Source: Octadecabacter sp. | GTDB lineage: Bacteria; Pseudomonadota; Alphaproteobacteria; Rhodobacterales; Rhodobacteraceae | NCBI GenBank assembly: GCA_965655275.1 | Contig: CBFHGD010000001.1 | Location: 1 to 53,452, forward strand | Direction of reading: 5' to 3' | Length of the DNA: 53,452 bases | Shown: positions 48,130 to 53,452 of the stretch, in pieces | Layout: each line of letters starts with the position of its first letter | Numbering within the stretch: position 1 is the first letter of the stretch | Made by a program: the position numbers and the translations under genes | Notes under the pieces: model-generated | Told to the model about the DNA's origin: nothing | What the model saw: only the letters and a program-made list of their open reading frames with translations | The model's database searches: none

Positions 48130-49455
48130 ATGAAAATCGCAGTGATCGGAACGGGCTATGTCGGCCTTGTGTCAGGGGTTTGTTTCTCGGACTTCGGGCA
48201 TGACGTGGTGTGCGTAGACAAAGACCCGGCCAAGATCACCAAGCTGGAAAACGGCGAAGTTCCGATTTACGAACCCGGCCTTGAGGAATTGATGGCCAAG
48301 AACGTCGAGGCTGGACGGCTGACGTTCACCCTCGATCTGGCCGCCGCCATTGACGGCGCAGAAGCCGTTTTCATCGCCGTCGGCACGCCGACCCGTCGCG
48401 GTGATGGCCATGCAGACCTGACCTTCGTGATGGCAGTGGCCGAAGAAATTGCATTGGCGGCCAAAAATTACACGGTCATCGTAACCAAATCGACCGTGCC
48501 TGTCGGGACCAACCGGAAGGTCAAACAGGTCGTCCACAAGGCCAACCCCGATCTGGATTTTGACGTGGCATCTAACCCCGAATTCCTGCGCGAAGGCGCT
48601 GCAATCGACGATTTCATGCGCCCTGATCGCGTCGTGGTCGGCGTGCAGACGGACCGCGCGGGGCAGGTTATGGAAGACGTCTACCGCCCATTGTTCCTGC
48701 GTGATTTCCCGATCGTCACCACCGATCTGGAAAGCGCAGAAATGATCAAATACGCGGCCAACGCCTTCCTTGCCACAAAGATCACGTTCATCAACGAAAT
48801 CGCGGCGCTGTGCGAACGCACCGGTGCGGACATCAAACAGGTGAGCAAGGGGATGGGACTCGACGGGCGTATAGGTAACAAATTCCTGCACGCTGGTCCC
48901 GGTTATGGTGGGTCCTGCTTTCCGAAAGACACCAAAGCCTTGGCGCGCATCGGCCAAGAACATGCCGTGCCGATGCAGATCACCGAGGCCGTGATCAAGG
49001 TCAACGAAGAGGTCAAACGCCGCATGGTCGATAAATTGCTCGACCTGTGCAACGGGTCGTTCAACGGTAAGCTGGTGGCCGTCTTGGGCGTGACGTTCAA
49101 ACCCAACACCGATGACATGCGCGACGCCCCCGCTTTGACGATCATTCCCGCGTTGGTAGGTGGCGGCGCGAAGGTTCGCGTGGCCGACCCGCAGGGTCGA
49201 CACGAAGGCGAGGCATTGCTGCCCGGCGTGAATTGGGTCGAGGATGCCTACAAGGCCGCACGCAACGCCGATCTGGTGGTGATCCTGACCGAATGGAACG
49301 AATTCCGTGGGCTCGATTTGAAACGGATGGCCAAACACATGGCGACTCCGCGCATGGCCGACCTGCGCAATATCTATTCCACCAAAGACGCCAAACGCGC
49401 GGGGTTCGACGCCTATGTTTCCATTGGCCGCACGCCGCTTGACCCTGCGGACTAA
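48130..49455 (+). CDS. ugd: UDP-glucose 6-dehydrogenase
   Basis: GTGYVG, KSTVPVG, NPEFLREG, GYGGSCFPKD, FKPNTDDMR. Confidence 0.95.
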   Translation: MKIAVIGTGYVGLVSGVCFSDFGHDVVCVDKDPAKITKLENGEVPIYEPGLEELMAKNVEAGRLTFTLDLAAAIDGAEAVFIAVGTPTRRGDGHADLTFVMAVAEEIALAAKNYTVIVTKSTVPVGTNRKVKQVVHKANPDLDFDVASNPEFLREGAAIDDFMRPDRVVVGVQTDRAGQVMEDVYRPLFLRDFPIVTTDLESAEMIKYAANAFLATKITFINEIAALCERTGADIKQVSKGMGLDGRIGNKFLHAGPGYGGSCFPKDTKALARIGQEHAVPMQITEAVIKVNEEVKRRMVDKLLDLCNGSFNGKLVAVLGVTFKPNTDDMRDAPALTIIPALVGGGAKVRVADPQGRHEGEALLPGVNWVEDAYKAARNADLVVILTEWNEFRGLDLKRMAKHMATPRMADLRNIYSTKDAKRAGFDAYVSIGRTPLDPAD

Positions 49456-50864
49456 CTGCGGCTGTAAACATCCTCGTGGCGGATAATATCATCCTCGCCC
49501 AGATAACTACCCGTTTGAACTTCGATCAGGGTCAATTCGACCTTTCCGGGGTTCTCCAAACGGTGAACATCGCCTTGGGGCACGTAGATTGACTGGTTTT
49601 CGTAGATCATCTTGACGTCTGTGCCGACGGTGACCTGCGCCGTGCCTTCAACCACGATCCAGTGTTCAGCACGATGCACATGGCTTTGCAGCGACAGCTT
49701 GCCACCGGGATGCACGCAAATGCGTTTCACCTGAAAACGCGAACCCTTGGCGAGGCTTTCAAACCAGCCCCAAGGCCGATGGTCTTTGGTGAATGCGTCG
49801 GCCTGCGCAGCTCCTTGTTGGCGCAAGGCATCAACGACCTTCTTGACGTCTTGACTGCGCGATCTGTCAGCCACCAGCACAGCGTCAGGCATGGCAACGG
49901 CAATGATATTTTTCAGCCCCAATCCGATGAGTTTTTGCCCGTCCCCTTCAGACCACAACAACGTATCTTCACACTCCATTGCAGTTGCGTCGCCCTGCGC
50001 ACGCACCCCGTCTTCATTGGCGCCTGTCCAGCGCACGGCCTCCCAATCACCCAGATCAGTCCAGCCATCCGGAAAGGGCATGACCGCCAGATCATCCGCC
50101 TTTTCCATAATCGCATAGTCGACACTGATCTTTTCGGCACCTGCCCATGCGCCCGCATCAAGCCGTTTGAACCCAAGATCACGCACGGCACCCAAAAGTG
50201 CGTTTCGAACGGGATCAATCAGTTGGGGTGCGTGTTTCGCGAAAGCCTCAATGACAGTTGAAACCTTCATCAGAAAAATGCCCGCATTCCACATATACCG
50301 CCCCGTGGCGATCATGGCTTCTGCAGCCTCGCGGTCCGGTTTCTCGATAAAGCGGGACAGGGGGACGGTCTGCCCGTCGTTTGGCTCTCCCGCAAGCTCC
50401 AGATAGCCATAGCCGGTTTCCGGCCTGTCGGGTTTAATTCCAAAGGTGACAATCCGCCCGGCTTCGGCATCCGCTGTTGCCCCTTCCACCGCGTTCAGGA
50501 AGGCTTGCGTATTGGGAACCAGATGGTCGGATGGCGCGACCAGCATCAGCCCGTCGCCAGAACTTTGCTCAATCGCCATCGCTGCCAACAAAATCGCCGG
50601 CGCGGTGTCGCGCCCTTCGGGCTCGATGAAAACCTGTTCTGGAAAGATACCTGCCTGCCCCAATTGTTCCGTGACGATGAAGCGGAAATCTTCGGATGTC
50701 AGCACGATCGGTCGCCCCATTCCAGCGCCGGACAAACGTGTTACAGTCTGTTGGAACAAGGACCGGTCGCCGTCAAATACTGCGAACTGTTTGGGGAAAC
50801 TCTTGCGCGACAGTGGCCAGAGCCGCGTGCCAGCACCGCCTGCAAGTATCACTGGTGTAATCAT
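49452..50864 (-). CDS. manC: Mannose-1-phosphate guanylyltransferase / mannose-6-phosphate isomerase
   Basis: VILAGGAGTRLWPLSR, EPEGRDTAPA, PETGYGY, WNAGIF, RPWG, HRAEHW. Confidence 0.95.
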   Translation of the reverse strand: MITPVILAGGAGTRLWPLSRKSFPKQFAVFDGDRSLFQQTVTRLSGAGMGRPIVLTSEDFRFIVTEQLGQAGIFPEQVFIEPEGRDTAPAILLAAMAIEQSSGDGLMLVAPSDHLVPNTQAFLNAVEGATADAEAGRIVTFGIKPDRPETGYGYLELAGEPNDGQTVPLSRFIEKPDREAAEAMIATGRYMWNAGIFLMKVSTVIEAFAKHAPQLIDPVRNALLGAVRDLGFKRLDAGAWAGAEKISVDYAIMEKADDLAVMPFPDGWTDLGDWEAVRWTGANEDGVRAQGDATAMECEDTLLWSEGDGQKLIGLGLKNIIAVAMPDAVLVADRSRSQDVKKVVDALRQQGAAQADAFTKDHRPWGWFESLAKGSRFQVKRICVHPGGKLSLQSHVHRAEHWIVVEGTAQVTVGTDVKMIYENQSIYVPQGDVHRLENPGKVELTLIEVQTGSYLGEDDIIRHEDVYSRS

Positions 50865-51009
50865 GTCCGGCGTGTCCTGTATAGTTCGCCTTAACCTGCT
50901 CGGACATTTGGGCATCAAAATGGCCCAAAAGAGTTAATATATTGCATTTTCCGTCAGGACCGTGACAGGAAGACCGGAAAAGATCATAGTCACTCTCAAA
51001 GGAAAGATA

Positions 51010-52014
51010 ATGCCAAAGGCACTCGTCACCGGCTCAGCGGGCTTTATCGGTTACCACCTGTGCAAACGGCTGTTGGCTGAAGGGTTCGAAGTGGTCGGCT
51101 TTGATGCCATGACAGACTATTATGATGTGCGGTTGAAGGAACGGCGACAGGCAAACCTGCTGCAATCATCCGGCTTTACCGCGGTGAACGAGCGGCTTGA
51201 GGCGGACGGCGTCCTGATGGACCTTATCGCGCATGAAAGACCGGATTATGTGGTGCATTTGGCGGGACAGGCTGGCGTGCGTTATTCCATAGACGAGCCG
51301 CGTTCTTATGTAGATGCCAACATCATCGGCACGTTCAACTTGCTTGAGGCCGTGCGCGCGACGCCGGTGAAACACCTGCTGCTGGCGTCTACGTCCTCTG
51401 CCTATGGTGCCAACATGCAGATGCCATATAGCGAGACAGATAAGGCCGACACGCAGATGTCATTTTATGCGGCGACCAAGAAATCCAACGAGGTGATGGC
51501 CCACAGCTACGCGCACCTCTACGACATCCCGACAACGATGTTCCGGTTTTTCACCGTATACGGTCCGTGGGGCCGCCCTGATATGGCGCTGTTCAAATTC
51601 ACCAAGGCCGTGTTGGAGGGTGCCCCGATCGACGTCTACAACCACGGCGCTATGTCACGCGACTTTACCTATGTGGACGACCTGGTGCGCGGTATTCACC
51701 TGCTGCTGGATGCAGTGCCCGAACGGGTCGACGAGGTTCCCGCCGGTGACAGTCTGTCGCCAGTTGCACCACACCGGATCGTCAACATCGGCAACGGTGA
51801 ACCGGTTCAGCTGATGGCATTTATCGAGGCGATCGAAACAGCGCTCGGGCAGCCCGCCCAAAAGAATTTCATGGATATGCAGCCGGGCGATGTGCCCGCC
51901 ACATGGGCCGATGGCGCGTTGCTGAAATCGTTAACGGGCTATACGCCAGCAACGGATGTGCAGACGGGCGTCAAAGCGTTCGTTGATTGGTATCGCGACT
52001 ATTACGAGGTCTGA
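51010..52014 (+). CDS. NAD-dependent epimerase (UDP-glucuronate 4-epimerase-like)
   Basis: TGSAGFIG, AGVRYS, YAATKK, RFFTVYGPWGRPDMA, MQPGDV. Confidence 0.92.
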   Translation: MPKALVTGSAGFIGYHLCKRLLAEGFEVVGFDAMTDYYDVRLKERRQANLLQSSGFTAVNERLEADGVLMDLIAHERPDYVVHLAGQAGVRYSIDEPRSYVDANIIGTFNLLEAVRATPVKHLLLASTSSAYGANMQMPYSETDKADTQMSFYAATKKSNEVMAHSYAHLYDIPTTMFRFFTVYGPWGRPDMALFKFTKAVLEGAPIDVYNHGAMSRDFTYVDDLVRGIHLLLDAVPERVDEVPAGDSLSPVAPHRIVNIGNGEPVQLMAFIEAIETALGQPAQKNFMDMQPGDVPATWADGALLKSLTGYTPATDVQTGVKAFVDWYRDYYEV

Positions 52015-53165
52015 AGCGCACGTTCTGCCGCCAGTCCCGCCCAACGCCCGGTCGCAAGACAAGCGGTGATCAAATAACCGCCCGTCGGTGCCGCCCAGTC
52101 CAGCATTTCACCCGCGCAATACACGTTTGGACGGGACTTAAGCATCAAGTCGTCCGTCAGCGCGTCAAGACGTATGCCACCAGCAGTCGAGATCGCCTCG
52201 TCCATCGGGCGCGGGGTAAGTTCAGGAAACGGCAGCGCTTTGATTTTTTGTGCCAATGGTAAATCAACATCGCGGCCCAACTCGTTCAGCAATGCGCGTT
52301 TGAGCGGATCGAGCTTTAGGGCCTTGCGCAGGGTGTTCGCAGTTGATTGCTTGCCCGTTTCTTTTGCCAGTTTCGCAGCAATCGTGGCCACATCCAAGTC
52401 CGGCAACAGATCAATGACCAAGGGCGCGCCATCACGCACCGCTTCGGACACCATATAAACCCCGCCACCTTCAATGCCCTTGCCAGAGACGATGAATTCG
52501 CCGCGCGACACCGCATTGCCAGCTGTCAGCTTGCAGCCTTTCATGGCTGACCCGAAGTGGGGTGCCATATGCGCTGACCATGGGACGAAGAACCCCATGT
52601 TGACAGGTTGGAACGGGGCCATCGCATCCATGAAATGCCCTGCCCACGCCCCATCGGACCCAAGCCGCTTCCAACTGGCGCCACCCATCGCAAGCACCGT
52701 TGTCTTGGAGGTGATCCGCGCCGGGCCTTCGGGTGTATCAAAGGTCGCGTCATCGCCGGACCAACCTGTCCAACGCCAGCGGGTTCGCACCTCAACGCCC
52801 TGCGCTGTCAGCCGTGCCAGCCACGCGCGCAATAACGGGGATGATTTCATTTTCGTCGGGAAGACGCGGCCGGTGGACCCTGTAAAAACGGTCTGACCCA
52901 GCCCTTCAGCCCACGCGCTGACGTCCTTCGGGCCAAAGGCCGACAGGATCGGTGCGAGGGTCGCATTGGACGCGCCAAAGACCGACTGAAACACTTCGTC
53001 GGGTTCATCCTTCGTAAGGTTCAGGCCGGATTTACCGGCCATCAGGAACTTGCGCCCGACGGTCGGCATAGCGTCTGTAACGATCACGCTGTAACCAGCG
53101 GCAGACAGCACATCGGCCGCCATAAGCCCGGCAGGGCCACCCCCGACAACAAGCGCATCCGTCAT
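52002..53165 (-). CDS. HI0933/TIGR03862-family flavoprotein
   Basis: GGGPAGLMAA, GRKFLMAGKSGLNLT, GRVFP, AISTAGG, GEMLDW..PTGGY. Confidence 0.9.
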   Translation of the reverse strand: MTDALVVGGGPAGLMAADVLSAAGYSVIVTDAMPTVGRKFLMAGKSGLNLTKDEPDEVFQSVFGASNATLAPILSAFGPKDVSAWAEGLGQTVFTGSTGRVFPTKMKSSPLLRAWLARLTAQGVEVRTRWRWTGWSGDDATFDTPEGPARITSKTTVLAMGGASWKRLGSDGAWAGHFMDAMAPFQPVNMGFFVPWSAHMAPHFGSAMKGCKLTAGNAVSRGEFIVSGKGIEGGGVYMVSEAVRDGAPLVIDLLPDLDVATIAAKLAKETGKQSTANTLRKALKLDPLKRALLNELGRDVDLPLAQKIKALPFPELTPRPMDEAISTAGGIRLDALTDDLMLKSRPNVYCAGEMLDWAAPTGGYLITACLATGRWAGLAAERALQTS

Positions 53166-53452
53166 TCTGTCAGGCCAGCAGGAAACCCGCCTTTGATCTC
53201 CACCACACGCTGAGGGAACGGAATTTCAATCCCCGCTTCTTTAAGTGCGTTCCAAACGGCGAAGCGCACTTGTGAACGGTACTTGAAACGACCGTCGTCA
53301 ATGCCGTTCACCCAAAACTCAACGATGAAGTCGATACCGCTATCGCCGAAATTCTCCAACTCCACATCCGGCGGCTGCGGTGCGTCGAGAACAAAATCAA
53401 GTGCGGCAACCGCGGGAGTCACAATGTCTGGAATAAGATTGATGTCCGTGTC
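53162..53452 (-). CDS. MscS mechanosensitive channel, C-terminal part (cut by the window edge)
   Basis: FGDSGIDF and ALKEAGIEIPFPQR; frame open to the window end. Confidence 0.88.
   Translation of the reverse strand, partial: DTDINLIPDIVTPAVAALDFVLDAPQPPDVELENFGDSGIDFIVEFWVNGIDDGRFKYRSQVRFAVWNALKEAGIEIPFPQRVVEIKGGFPAGLTE

Noticed and set aside
1-53452. CRISPR arrays, tRNA/rRNA, IS elements, prophage or defence systems
   Set aside because: No repeat-spacer array, cloverleaf, transposase, integrase or defence-domain motifs seen; almost all sequence is explained by housekeeping genes

Overview
Gene-dense, GC-rich chromosomal segment of a Rhodobacteraceae/Roseobacter-group alphaproteobacterium (lineage inferred from gene content and order). 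It is mostly core genome: pnp, aqpZ, 1-Cys peroxiredoxin, two GcvT-family dehydrogenases, thiolase, ggt, hspQ, amidase-aminotransferase-ftsK-lolA, UbiH-type hydroxylase, cnoX-LonN-Trm112, xth, an OmpR regulator, ribA, yggS, porin and leuS-lptE-holA. Small accessory-looking inserts are an SbtA bicarbonate transporter with a divergent LysR, an orphan LicD, a divergent PLP aminotransferase/decarboxylase pair and a 4-gene nucleotide-sugar cassette. I saw no rRNA, tRNA, CRISPR array, transposase, integrase or phage gene, and no clearly new multi-gene system. The best leads are: (1) an atypical kinase fused to a degenerate acetyl-CoA-synthetase-like C-terminal domain lacking the acetylatable lysine loop; (2) a probable SorX-type 3'UTR sRNA behind the OmpR gene; (3) the SbtA/LysR module with no visible SbtB; (4) a long, codon-atypical leucine-specific domain in LeuS; (5) a frameshifted small membrane-protein gene absent from the ORF track. 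All family calls come from motif recognition by eye; no searches were run.
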